Part shown: in pieces, positions 18,470 to 27,336 of the stretch
Layout: each line of letters begins with the position of its first letter
How positions within the stretch are numbered: position 1 is the first letter of the stretch
From: Actinomycetota bacterium
Lineage (GTDB): Bacteria > Actinomycetota > Actinomycetes > Nanopelagicales > Nanopelagicaceae
Length of the DNA: 64,000 nt
Direction: 5' to 3'
NCBI GenBank assembly: GCA_016870365.1
Contig: VGBW01000007.1
Span: 1,317-65,316 of the forward strand
Made by a program: the position numbers and the translations under genes
Notes under the pieces: model-generated
The model's database searches: none
The model's input: the letters and a program-made list of their open reading frames with translations, nothing else
Told to the model about the DNA's origin: nothing

Positions 18470-20014
18470 TTGTTCGCATATATTCTCCGCCGCCTGGGAG
18501 CGCTGATTGTCATTCTTTTTGGTTCCAGCTTTCTGCTTTACAACCTCTCGGCAATCTCAACAGATCCCCTTGCAGACCTTCGATTAAGTGATGCTCAGAA
18601 TAGGGATTATTTGATTCAAGCCCTAACCAGGGAGCTTCGCCTAGATTTGCCACCGCCGCTTCGCTATTTCATCTGGCTAAGGGGAGTGCTTGGAGTATTC
18701 GTTGGCAACCCCAACTTTGGTCTAACCCGCGAGCAGCAACCCGTGGTCGAAGCTATTGTCGATGCCATACCCACCACCATTCGCTTAGTAGCTGTGGCAA
18801 CTATTGTGGCAATTGTTCTTGGAATTGCACTCGGAATCACCTCTGCGCTTCGTCAATACTCTCGCTTTGATTATGGAATGACTTTCTTTGCATTCCTACT
18901 ATTTTCTCTGCCGATATTTTGGGTCGCAGTCTTGCTTAAGCAGTACTTGGCAATTGACTTTAATGATTTCCTGGTCACTGCCAAGATATCGCCCCCCTGG
19001 ATTATTGGCCTAAGTGCCTTAACAGGATTCTTCTGGGCGACAATCATTAGCGGCTCTCGCAGAAGAGTCTTGCTTATTTTCTCTGGAGTTTTTATAGCCA
19101 ATTCAGTGTTCTTAAGTCTAGTTAGCGCCACCGAGTGGCTCTCGTATCCTCGCCTTGGCCCAATAGCTATCTCTATCTTTAGCGTGGGGGTCGCATTCGG
19201 GGTGACTTATCTATCTGTTGGCCTTTCAGATCGAAATGCGGTCAAGAGCAATCTCTTCATGGCGCTAATTGGGACCATCCTCTACTTCCCAGCTCAGGGC
19301 CTGCTTGACTCAAATCGTCCAAGAGTTGGAATCTTGATCCTGCTGGTAGCTTTGTTAATTTCAGCTGTTGCTGTCTCATTCATTTTTGCCCGTATCGATC
19401 GCGGTCCAATCATCCGCACCAGCATCATCACCTCAATGTTGATTGGGGCTTTGATCTTGGTTGATCAGATGATGCAGGCCTGGCGGCCTTATGTGGAGAG
19501 CGATGATGTTAACTATCGCCCGGTTGCCACGATTGGCCAATCCACCATCTGGCTCTCTGATGTCTCCTTCTGGGTGCGAGTTCTAGACTTTGCGATGCAC
19601 TTGGTTCTGCCAACTCTTGCCTTAACGCTAATTTCATTCGCTGGATATGTCCGTTTCTCTCGAGGGACTCTGCTTGATGTCTTAAATCAGGACTACATCA
19701 GAACGGCAAGGGCTAAGGGGCTAACTGAGCGCACCGTGATTATGCGTCATGCCTTTAGAAACACCATGATTCCATTAACCACAATAATGGTTGCCGATGT
19801 GGCTGGAATTGTTGGGGGAGCGATCATCACGGAGCGAGTATTTGCCTGGCAGGGCATGGGAACGCTCTTTAACAAGGCGATTAACTCATTTGATCTAAAT
19901 CTTTTGATGGGGGTTATTCTCTTTCTTTCAACCTTGGCGATCCTGGCAAATCTAATCGCTGATCTTCTCTATTCAGCCCTGGATCCTCGAATTAGGGTGG
20001 GAGCTGGAAAGTGA
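18470..20014 (+). CDS. DppB/OppB-type ABC permease with a roughly 200-aa multi-TM insertion, paralog 1
   Basis: The N-terminus MFAYILRRLG and the C-terminal core DYIRTARAKGL...DLLYSALDPRIR are canonical. At 514 aa it is much longer than the usual 310-340 aa. Confidence 0.9.
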   Translation: MFAYILRRLGALIVILFGSSFLLYNLSAISTDPLADLRLSDAQNRDYLIQALTRELRLDLPPPLRYFIWLRGVLGVFVGNPNFGLTREQQPVVEAIVDAIPTTIRLVAVATIVAIVLGIALGITSALRQYSRFDYGMTFFAFLLFSLPIFWVAVLLKQYLAIDFNDFLVTAKISPPWIIGLSALTGFFWATIISGSRRRVLLIFSGVFIANSVFLSLVSATEWLSYPRLGPIAISIFSVGVAFGVTYLSVGLSDRNAVKSNLFMALIGTILYFPAQGLLDSNRPRVGILILLVALLISAVAVSFIFARIDRGPIIRTSIITSMLIGALILVDQMMQAWRPYVESDDVNYRPVATIGQSTIWLSDVSFWVRVLDFAMHLVLPTLALTLISFAGYVRFSRGTLLDVLNQDYIRTARAKGLTERTVIMRHAFRNTMIPLTTIMVADVAGIVGGAIITERVFAWQGMGTLFNKAINSFDLNLLMGVILFLSTLAILANLIADLLYSALDPRIRVGAGK

Positions 20015-21102
20015 TGGCGAAAAGGAAAGAGAGCGTAGAGATACTCAAAGAGGCTAATGAAAATGCCATCTTTAATAAAGAGACCGAGGGTTTAAGCCAA
20101 GGACAAATAGTCTTACGTCGCTTTATCCGCCATAGAGCTGCCATGATTTCAGTTGTTGTGCTCTTTGCTCTGATAACAGTTGTTTATACCGCGCTTGATT
20201 GGCGCATCGGAAACGAGAAGGACCCTTTTATCATCCCGGGATGGTGGAAGTATGGCTTTGAAGATATGCCAGAGCTTCGATATGGAGCAGATTGCGTAGA
20301 TGGCTCGATTGGCTGTCCCACCATAGATGTCGTGCCAATTCTTGATGGCGATGGAATTTCGCTTGGGGAACATCCCTTTGGCCAGGATGATATCGGTCGA
20401 GATTACTTAGCCCTTGTGATGCGTGGAGCTCAACGCTCACTTCTAGTGATGTTTATCATCGGCGCAATTGCAGCAACTCTTGGAACTGTGATCGGATCCA
20501 TTGCAGGATACTTCCGCGGCTGGGTTGATGCCATCTTGATGCGTATCGTTGACTTCATCATTACTGTTCCAGTAATCATCATTGGCGCGGTTATCGGTTT
20601 TCACTTCGGCAATAAGGGCGCTGCTTTTCTGGCACTATTGCTCGGACTATTCTCCTGGACAGGCCTTTCCAGATTGGTTCGAGGAGAGTTCTTAACGCTT
20701 CGAGAACGTGAATTCGTTGATGCTTCAAGGGTGGCAGGAGCTAGTAATCGCCGTATCATCTTCAAACATATCCTGCCCAACGCAGTTGGAGTAATTATCG
20801 TATCTGTGACTCTTTTGATGTCTGGTGCGATCTTGCTGGAAACAGCCCTCAGTTATCTAGGTTTTGGGGTCACCTCACCTGATGTATCACTAGGACTGTT
20901 GATCTCTAATTACCAGGACGCCTTTACTACCAGGCCTTGGCTCTTCTGGTATCCAGGAATCTTTATCATCAGCATCGCTTTGTGTATTAACTTCATCGGC
21001 GATGGCCTGCGTGATGCATTTGACCCAAGACAGCGGCGCCGTTTGAGTCGTAAAGAAAGAGCAAATGCTCGCACCATGCAAAACAGAAATGAGCTTTCTT
21101 AA
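20011..21102 (+). CDS. DppC/OppC-type ABC permease, paralog 1
   Basis: Motifs EFVDASRVAGASNRRIIFKHILPN and INFIGDGLRDAFDPR. There is a 4-nt start/stop overlap with the preceding gene. Confidence 0.9.
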   Translation: MMAKRKESVEILKEANENAIFNKETEGLSQGQIVLRRFIRHRAAMISVVVLFALITVVYTALDWRIGNEKDPFIIPGWWKYGFEDMPELRYGADCVDGSIGCPTIDVVPILDGDGISLGEHPFGQDDIGRDYLALVMRGAQRSLLVMFIIGAIAATLGTVIGSIAGYFRGWVDAILMRIVDFIITVPVIIIGAVIGFHFGNKGAAFLALLLGLFSWTGLSRLVRGEFLTLREREFVDASRVAGASNRRIIFKHILPNAVGVIIVSVTLLMSGAILLETALSYLGFGVTSPDVSLGLLISNYQDAFTTRPWLFWYPGIFIISIALCINFIGDGLRDAFDPRQRRRLSRKERANARTMQNRNELS

Positions 21103-21698
21103 GCCTGAACTATTTGGGTTGTAATTGCTAGAAGAAACAAGAAGAGTGCAATCACAGCCCCTGGGCGATTAAACTCATCTGCGAAAGTTAAACCTGGGAT
21201 ATCACCTTTCTGGTTGAAGTATTCAAGGCGGGTCCGAGCAATCGCTATGGCAATACCCGAGTTACTTCTTGGGCTCTCTCCGGCTTTGATACTGCCACCA
21301 TCCTCCAATCTCATTCCTCTAATCTCTGTGGGATGAACATTTCTTATGTGATATCTACCGGGGGCTTGCGCGGCAAAGGCGTGAAACTTCACCCCACTTG
21401 GTTGATGGATGACATACATTGTGAATTTGGAATCGATCTGTGAGGTCTCATGCCAGCCTAAGGTGATCTTTTTCATAGGATTAACAATTACCAGACCCTC
21501 ATCGCTAAAGATGACTTTGGGATGGATGAAGATCAGATAGCAAAGGGAGCAGGCAAGAAGGCCCCAAGTGATACTGGGGAGCGCACCAAGAAATCCGTAA
21601 TCCAAGACATTGACATAGGTCAAAGTGCTAATGGTGAAGAATGCCCAGAGGGATAGAAAGTAGCCATTTCTAGGGCGAAACTGCTCCACATTAGTCAC
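21099..21698 (-). CDS. Membrane protein with a putative bacterial PH-like domain (paralog 1)
   Basis: 199 aa with a GTG start. It has two N-terminal TM segments, a beta-rich middle part and a C-terminal TM. It is paralogous to 26704-27336 (shared HPTEIRG/HPSELRG and GGSIKAGESPRSNSG/GGGIKASGSPRSDSG). The PH (Cfp6-like) assignment is from memory of the family architecture and is not verified. Confidence 0.7.
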   Translation of the reverse strand: MTNVEQFRPRNGYFLSLWAFFTISTLTYVNVLDYGFLGALPSITWGLLACSLCYLIFIHPKVIFSDEGLVIVNPMKKITLGWHETSQIDSKFTMYVIHQPSGVKFHAFAAQAPGRYHIRNVHPTEIRGMRLEDGGSIKAGESPRSNSGIAIAIARTRLEYFNQKGDIPGLTFADEFNRPGAVIALFLFLLAITTQIVQA

Positions 21699-21929
21699 AA
21701 CTTAATCTTCTCACCTATCTCTCAAGATACTCTCAAGCATTAGGAAAGCTCGATACTTGTCTTCAGGCAAGGCCTCTATCTTCGCTCTTGGCAACCCTTG
21801 AGCATAAGGAATCAATGCGGGTGGCTGGGGGTGAGCCTCTAGATCGGTAGGATCGAGCCAAGAGTGGTGATAGGGCTGGTCTAAAACTCGCGGATTCGAG
21901 CGTGAATTGGAACTTGATGTGGCAGGATG

Positions 21930-21947
21930 GATAACAGAATTGTTATC
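21930..21947. promoter_or_regulatory. Perfect palindrome GATAACA-gaat-TGTTATC (candidate operator)
   Basis: Seen directly in the 384-bp divergent region between PH-like gene 1 and SBP gene 2. Confidence 0.35.
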
Positions 21948-22082
21948 TGGGCCAGTTAGGGCAATTGTCAGAAGTACCCAGATGGGGCAGAATTTGGCAA
22001 CCCTCGAGAGTTAGTCATTGGTAGGGCGGTCGACTCTTTGCCAATCGCTAACCCCGTTTAGTTGACCTTTTAGGAGGCCACT

Positions 22083-23939
22083 TTGAAAAACAAGAAGTTA
22101 AGGCTGGCCATCGTTGGATTACTATCGATCCTTCTGGCTGCCTCTAGCGTTACCCCGCTGGCAAATGCCGCTAAGACTGGGACTGTAATTCTCCATGAAC
22201 CCAATCCACTATCAGGCTTTAACTCAAGCGTTACCGGCTTTAACCTGGTAACAAACGCCACCATTGGCTATCTGACAGGTAATGGATTTGGTTATTACGA
22301 TTCCACTAGAACTTGGGTACAGAACACCACATTTGGCTCTTATAAGATAGTTTCAAACAAGGCCACAGATTTCCGTGTTCAATACACCGTAGCTCCAGGA
22401 AGACTTTGGTCTGATGGAACTCCAATTAAGGGAATTGACCTACTTTCAACTCACATGATTTTCAGCCGTGATTATGCAAAGGCTGCAGGTCTTGGTGATT
22501 GGGCAGCTGGAGATAAGATGGCCTTCAACGCTGCAGGTCTTTCATCAAGTACCTACTCGCTCTATCAAACAGGCGATCCAGTTCTAAGCGCTGACGAAAT
22601 GTCAGTTACTTTCCGATACAAACAGAAATTCCCAGACTGGTGGCTAAGCCCAATCGGACCGCGTCCAGTACACGCCTATACGCTAAATGCTGAAGGTAAG
22701 ACTGCACTACAGACCGTGGCAGAAAATGAAGCTGCCCGCAATCGTTGGTACGCAGCTTTTAAGGCCAAGGACACCGATCTTCTAAAGAAGATTGGAACAA
22801 TCTGGTCAACTGCTTACAACAATCCCGATGTAAATGCTGCGACCACTAACCCGCTTCTCTGGGTTGGAAACGGTGGCTTCACTGTGGTTAGCGCCATTAA
22901 GGGCCAATCAGTAACATTGAAGGCAAATCCACTTTACAACTCAGGACCTAAGATCTCAGGAGATATCAAGAACATCATCCAGAAGTTCGTAGCTGACGGA
23001 AACCCAGTGGTTCAGGCCCTTGGAAATGGTGAAATCTCCCTCTACTCAGGTCAACAGACCGCAGATGGCGTCGCTGCTTTGAAGAAGCTAAGCGGAGTAA
23101 CCACTGTTGGTGGACTCGGTGGAGCTTATGAGCACGTCGACCTTCGCAGCGGAGGTTATTTCGGCTCAGGTGGTACTCCATATACCGGCCTATTTGCTGG
23201 AAATGGACAGAAGGCAACTGACCTACGTCGCGCCTTCCTACTCTGCGTTCCTCGTCAAGAGATTGTCGAGAAGTTAATCGCAACAATTAACCCAGAGATT
23301 CCTCCACTTCGCTCAGTAACTGTTCCATCACATCAAGATGCCAAGTATGCAAAAATTATTGCTGCTAATGGATCTTCATATTATGTAGGGACACAGGATT
23401 CACTAAACAGGCGCGCTCTTTCACTAGTCCAGAAGTATCAAAAGAATGCAGTGAAGAATCCGCTAAAGGTGAACTTCCTTGTTCCTGGAAACAACGCACG
23501 TCGTGCGGCACAAGCGCTATTGCTTAAGGCAAACTTGGCTAAGTGTGGCTTTGATGTAGACCTTGATACTCAAGTTGATTGGTCACCAAAGCTTCGTGAT
23601 TCCAAGTATGACGCGACATTCTTTGCCTGGGCTGCAAGCAGCACAGCACAAGGATCAATTCGCGCCAACTGGCGTTCTGATGGCTCCAACAACTACAGCG
23701 GATCAAACTCTGGTCCGGGACTCGATGCGATATTGGATGATGTTTTCGGCCGTCCAATGTCGGATGCAGTTCTTTCCACTGCCTTTATCAAGATTGAACG
23801 CGAAGTCTTCGGTAGGGCCTACACGTTACCTCTATACCAGCATCCAGCAGTGACGGCTTACGACACCGACCTAAAGGGCGTTAAGCAGAGCTCACTAACT
23901 CCTGTGAAGGAATGGAACTTCTGGGATTGGAAGTACTAA
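22083..23939 (+). CDS. ABC transporter substrate-binding protein, family 5, paralog 2
   Basis: 618 aa with a TTG start after a TAGGAGG SD. It has a Sec-type signal peptide (…PLANA) and no lipobox. Confidence 0.9.
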   Translation: MKNKKLRLAIVGLLSILLAASSVTPLANAAKTGTVILHEPNPLSGFNSSVTGFNLVTNATIGYLTGNGFGYYDSTRTWVQNTTFGSYKIVSNKATDFRVQYTVAPGRLWSDGTPIKGIDLLSTHMIFSRDYAKAAGLGDWAAGDKMAFNAAGLSSSTYSLYQTGDPVLSADEMSVTFRYKQKFPDWWLSPIGPRPVHAYTLNAEGKTALQTVAENEAARNRWYAAFKAKDTDLLKKIGTIWSTAYNNPDVNAATTNPLLWVGNGGFTVVSAIKGQSVTLKANPLYNSGPKISGDIKNIIQKFVADGNPVVQALGNGEISLYSGQQTADGVAALKKLSGVTTVGGLGGAYEHVDLRSGGYFGSGGTPYTGLFAGNGQKATDLRRAFLLCVPRQEIVEKLIATINPEIPPLRSVTVPSHQDAKYAKIIAANGSSYYVGTQDSLNRRALSLVQKYQKNAVKNPLKVNFLVPGNNARRAAQALLLKANLAKCGFDVDLDTQVDWSPKLRDSKYDATFFAWAASSTAQGSIRANWRSDGSNNYSGSNSGPGLDAILDDVFGRPMSDAVLSTAFIKIEREVFGRAYTLPLYQHPAVTAYDTDLKGVKQSSLTPVKEWNFWDWKY

Positions 23940-23973
23940 GAAAGAAGTAGGGCTAATCGCCCAACTTTTTGAG

Positions 23974-24032
23974 GCTTGTCGGGCCTTAGGGATTCTAAAG
24001 ATTTACCCTAAGGCCCGCAGGCTTTATTTTTT
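23974..24032 (+). terminator. Intrinsic terminator/attenuator between SBP2 and the permease genes
   Basis: A perfect 12-bp stem CGGGCCTTAGGG...CCCTAAGGCCCG (extendable by GCTTG/CAGGC), followed by TTTATTTTTT. Confidence 0.6.
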
Positions 24033-24086
24033 GATGAATTCAGTAAAATCGCTACAGTAAATTGGCTCTGGGGAAAGGAGAGCGCC

Positions 24087-25631
24087 GTGCTAGCTTTCAT
24101 TGCTCGCCGAATTGGCGTTCTTTTCCTAATCCTCTTTGGATCAAGCTTTATCCTCTATAACCTTGCAGCAATAGCGGGAGATCCAGTGGGTGACCTGCGC
24201 TTTAGCGATGATCCAGAGATCCAAGCGCAGATTAGAGAGTTGGAAGAGTTCCTAAGACTTGATGTCCCACCCCCGCTTAGATACTTCATCTGGCTCCGTG
24301 GAGTTCTAGGGATTTTCACCGGCAACCTCGACTTAGGGCTAACTCGTCTGCGCCTCCCAGTTTCAGGTGAGATCGCAACTGCCATGCCGATTACTATTCG
24401 CCTGGTTATTTTTGCCACAGTTTTCGCAATCATCGTAGGAATCGCTCTCGGAATTGTTACCGCGCTTCGTCAATACTCAAGATTTGATTACTCAATGACA
24501 TTTTTCGCATTCCTACTTTTCTCGCTACCTATTTTCTGGGTGGCAGTTCTACTCAAGCAATACTTGGCAATTCGGTTCAATACCTTCCTATCCGACCCTC
24601 AAATTACTACCACATGGAAGATAGGCGTCGGCCTACTTGGCGCAGTTTTCTGGGGCTCACTGCTCGGATCAAAGCGTGGAAGTTTTTGGAGAGTATTTGC
24701 CATAGTCTTTGTTGCCACATTTGCATTCCTTAGCTTTGTCGATGCGGCAAATTGGTTAACCGATCCCGCCCTAGGGCCGGTACTGATAGGGCTACTCTCG
24801 ATTGGTATCGCATTTGGTATCACCTACCTAAGCACCGGATTTGGCAATAAGGCAGCACTCTATGCCTCATTGACGATGGCTCCACTAACCGTCATCTCAT
24901 ATTTTGTCGTCTCGAGCTCGCTCAATTCGTCATCTTCGATTCCACAACTGCTTCGCTATGCGCTGATCACCACTGTGGTCGCAGTTGCCGTAGCACTAGC
25001 CTTTGCTCGGATTGATCGTGGACCGATCGTTAGAACCACAATCATCACCGGGTTGCTCTCAGCTCATCTAATTGTGGTTGATAAATTCATGCAGACCTGG
25101 AAGCCATATATGGAAGAGGGCGCAGTGAGCTTTAGGCCGATTCCCACCCTGGGCCAGGCAAAGCAGCTCTTAACTCCAGATGAGTTCTGGATCTCAACCC
25201 TTGACATCTTGGTGCACCTATTCTTGCCAACCATTGCTCTAACCTTGATCTCATTCGCCGGATACATCAGATTCTCAAGAGGAACCCTGCTTGAAGTCTT
25301 GAATCAGGATTACATAAGAACTGCCCGTGCAAAGGGCTTAAATGAGCGAACTGTGATCATGCGCCATGCATTCCGCAACACCTTAATTCCCTTGACCACA
25401 ATCATGGTTGTCGACTTTGCTGGAATAGTTGGTGGAGCGATCATCACTGAGCGAGTCTTTGGTTGGTATGGCATGGGCACGCTCTTTAATCGCGCAATCA
25501 CGAGCCAGGATCTCAATCTGCTTATGGGCGTCTTCTTTATCACCGCGACACTGGCGGTTATGGCCAACCTGATCGCCGATCTACTTTATTCCGCCCTGGA
25601 CCCAAGAATTCGTGCTGGGAGCGGAAAGTGA
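24087..25631 (+). CDS. DppB/OppB-type ABC permease with a roughly 200-aa multi-TM insertion, paralog 2
   Basis: 514 aa with a GTG start, colinear with 18470-20014 including the inserted hydrophobic block. Confidence 0.9.
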   Translation: MLAFIARRIGVLFLILFGSSFILYNLAAIAGDPVGDLRFSDDPEIQAQIRELEEFLRLDVPPPLRYFIWLRGVLGIFTGNLDLGLTRLRLPVSGEIATAMPITIRLVIFATVFAIIVGIALGIVTALRQYSRFDYSMTFFAFLLFSLPIFWVAVLLKQYLAIRFNTFLSDPQITTTWKIGVGLLGAVFWGSLLGSKRGSFWRVFAIVFVATFAFLSFVDAANWLTDPALGPVLIGLLSIGIAFGITYLSTGFGNKAALYASLTMAPLTVISYFVVSSSLNSSSSIPQLLRYALITTVVAVAVALAFARIDRGPIVRTTIITGLLSAHLIVVDKFMQTWKPYMEEGAVSFRPIPTLGQAKQLLTPDEFWISTLDILVHLFLPTIALTLISFAGYIRFSRGTLLEVLNQDYIRTARAKGLNERTVIMRHAFRNTLIPLTTIMVVDFAGIVGGAIITERVFGWYGMGTLFNRAITSQDLNLLMGVFFITATLAVMANLIADLLYSALDPRIRAGSGK

Positions 25632-26713
25632 GAATTAGAAGGAAGAGCAAAGAGGTAGCCGCTGATGAAAGGGCTATCGAATCTGGCGAGAACGCGATTG
25701 CCAACAAGGAAGTTGCAGGCTTAACTCAAGGGCAGATTATTCGCCGCCGCTTTTTCAGGCATAAAGCAGCGGTGGCCTCACTAATCTTTCTAACCTTCAT
25801 AATCGTATTTGTCTTCTCGGCAGTGGATTCCCAATTTGGTCCGATAAGGACTAGGGGATGGTGGAAGTGGAGCCCAGAAGAATTGCCTGACCTTCGCTTT
25901 GGAGATTGTCCAAATGACACCATCGGCTGTCCCACAATTTCACTGGTCCCAAAGTTTCTAGGGGGAGCAGGAATTGGCCTTGGTGAGCATCCATTTGGCC
26001 AAGATGACATCGGTAGAGATTACTTCTCGCTGGTTATGAAGGGCACCCAACGCTCCATTCAAGTCATGTTTGTCATCGGCTTTTTTGCCGCAATTATTGG
26101 AACAGTCGTTGGAGCTGTGGCTGGGTATTACCGTGGGTTTATCGATAACGTGCTCATGCGCTTTACCGATTTCATCATCACCATCCCAGCAGTTATCGTG
26201 GGATCGGTCATTGGCGCTAAGTTCGGAAATCTGGGAGCGATAATTCTTGCCGTCTATCTAGGTCTCTTCGCCTGGACCGGTCTATCGCGTCTGGTCCGTG
26301 GAGAGTTCTTGTCCTTGAGAGAGCGAGAATTCGTTGATGCTGCTCGGGTTGCTGGAGCATCGACTAGAAGAATCATCTTTAAGCATATTCTCCCTAACGC
26401 AGTTGGGGTAATCATCGTCTCTGTCACCTTGCTGCTCTCAGGGGCTATCTTGCTTGAGACCGCTCTTTCTTATCTGGGCTTTGGTGTGATTCCCCCAGAT
26501 GTCTCATTAGGGCTATTGATTAATCAGTATCAAGATGCATTTACCACCAGGCCCTTTCTATTCTGGTATCCCGGGTTCTTCATCGTCAGTATCGCATTGA
26601 GCATTAACTTCATAGGAGATGGCCTAAGAGACGCCTTTGATCCCAGACAGAAGAGAAGGATCACCAAGAAGGAAAAACAGAACGCTAGAGCCATTGCTAG
26701 AAGTCAGGCGTAG
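25628..26713 (+). CDS. DppC/OppC-type ABC permease, paralog 2
   Basis: 361 aa with EFVDAARVAGASTRRIIFKHILPN and INFIGDGLRDAFDPR. Confidence 0.9.
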   Translation: MRIRRKSKEVAADERAIESGENAIANKEVAGLTQGQIIRRRFFRHKAAVASLIFLTFIIVFVFSAVDSQFGPIRTRGWWKWSPEELPDLRFGDCPNDTIGCPTISLVPKFLGGAGIGLGEHPFGQDDIGRDYFSLVMKGTQRSIQVMFVIGFFAAIIGTVVGAVAGYYRGFIDNVLMRFTDFIITIPAVIVGSVIGAKFGNLGAIILAVYLGLFAWTGLSRLVRGEFLSLREREFVDAARVAGASTRRIIFKHILPNAVGVIIVSVTLLLSGAILLETALSYLGFGVIPPDVSLGLLINQYQDAFTTRPFLFWYPGFFIVSIALSINFIGDGLRDAFDPRQKRRITKKEKQNARAIARSQA

Positions 26714-27336
26714 GCGATTAGATGAGAAGCAATAACCGCCAGCACCAGAGCGGCATAGAGGAATTTAGCCAGATTACTTACTTTAATTTCGCTAGCGATA
26801 GCACTTTCCTCAAAACTTCCGCGCTTTTGCATATAGATACGAGCAATTTGGGCCGCCGCTCCAGAATCAGATCTAGGCGAGCCAGAAGCTTTTATTCCAC
26901 CGCCTTGTTGGTGAAATCCCCTAAGTTCACTGGGATGGATAGCACGATGTTGAGATCTAGATGGTCCAGCAGCCGCCCAGCACTTGATGATTCCCAGCTC
27001 ACTATTGATGTTGAGAACAAATTTGGTATCGACATCGCTAACCTGGCTCCAATCAAGAATGGTTGTGGTGAAGGGATTTCTAACTGCCAGGGCAAGATCG
27101 CTAAAAACCAGAGCTGGCCTTTGAATTCCGAGGTAGACCGAGGCGGCAATGAGCAGGGTCAGTGCGTTAAAGGCAAAGTTTTCAATACTGGAGTACTTGG
27201 ATTCAACAATTGTGGTCAAGAACAACCCAAGGCAGAAGAGATATCCCAGACTGCTGTAAACTCGCGAGCCTTGAGATCGAAAAATAATGGGATGGCCGCC
27301 AGTTTTAGCCAGACTGTCGAATGGAGAGTAAGCCAT
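26704..27336 (-). CDS. Membrane protein with a putative bacterial PH-like domain (paralog 2)
   Basis: Homology to 21099-21698 begins at MAYSPFD (ATG at 27336). The longer track ORF (to 27603) is the antisense shadow of the ATPase Walker A region. Confidence 0.7.
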   Translation of the reverse strand: MAYSPFDSLAKTGGHPIIFRSQGSRVYSSLGYLFCLGLFLTTIVESKYSSIENFAFNALTLLIAASVYLGIQRPALVFSDLALAVRNPFTTTILDWSQVSDVDTKFVLNINSELGIIKCWAAAGPSRSQHRAIHPSELRGFHQQGGGIKASGSPRSDSGAAAQIARIYMQKRGSFEESAIASEIKVSNLAKFLYAALVLAVIASHLIAYA

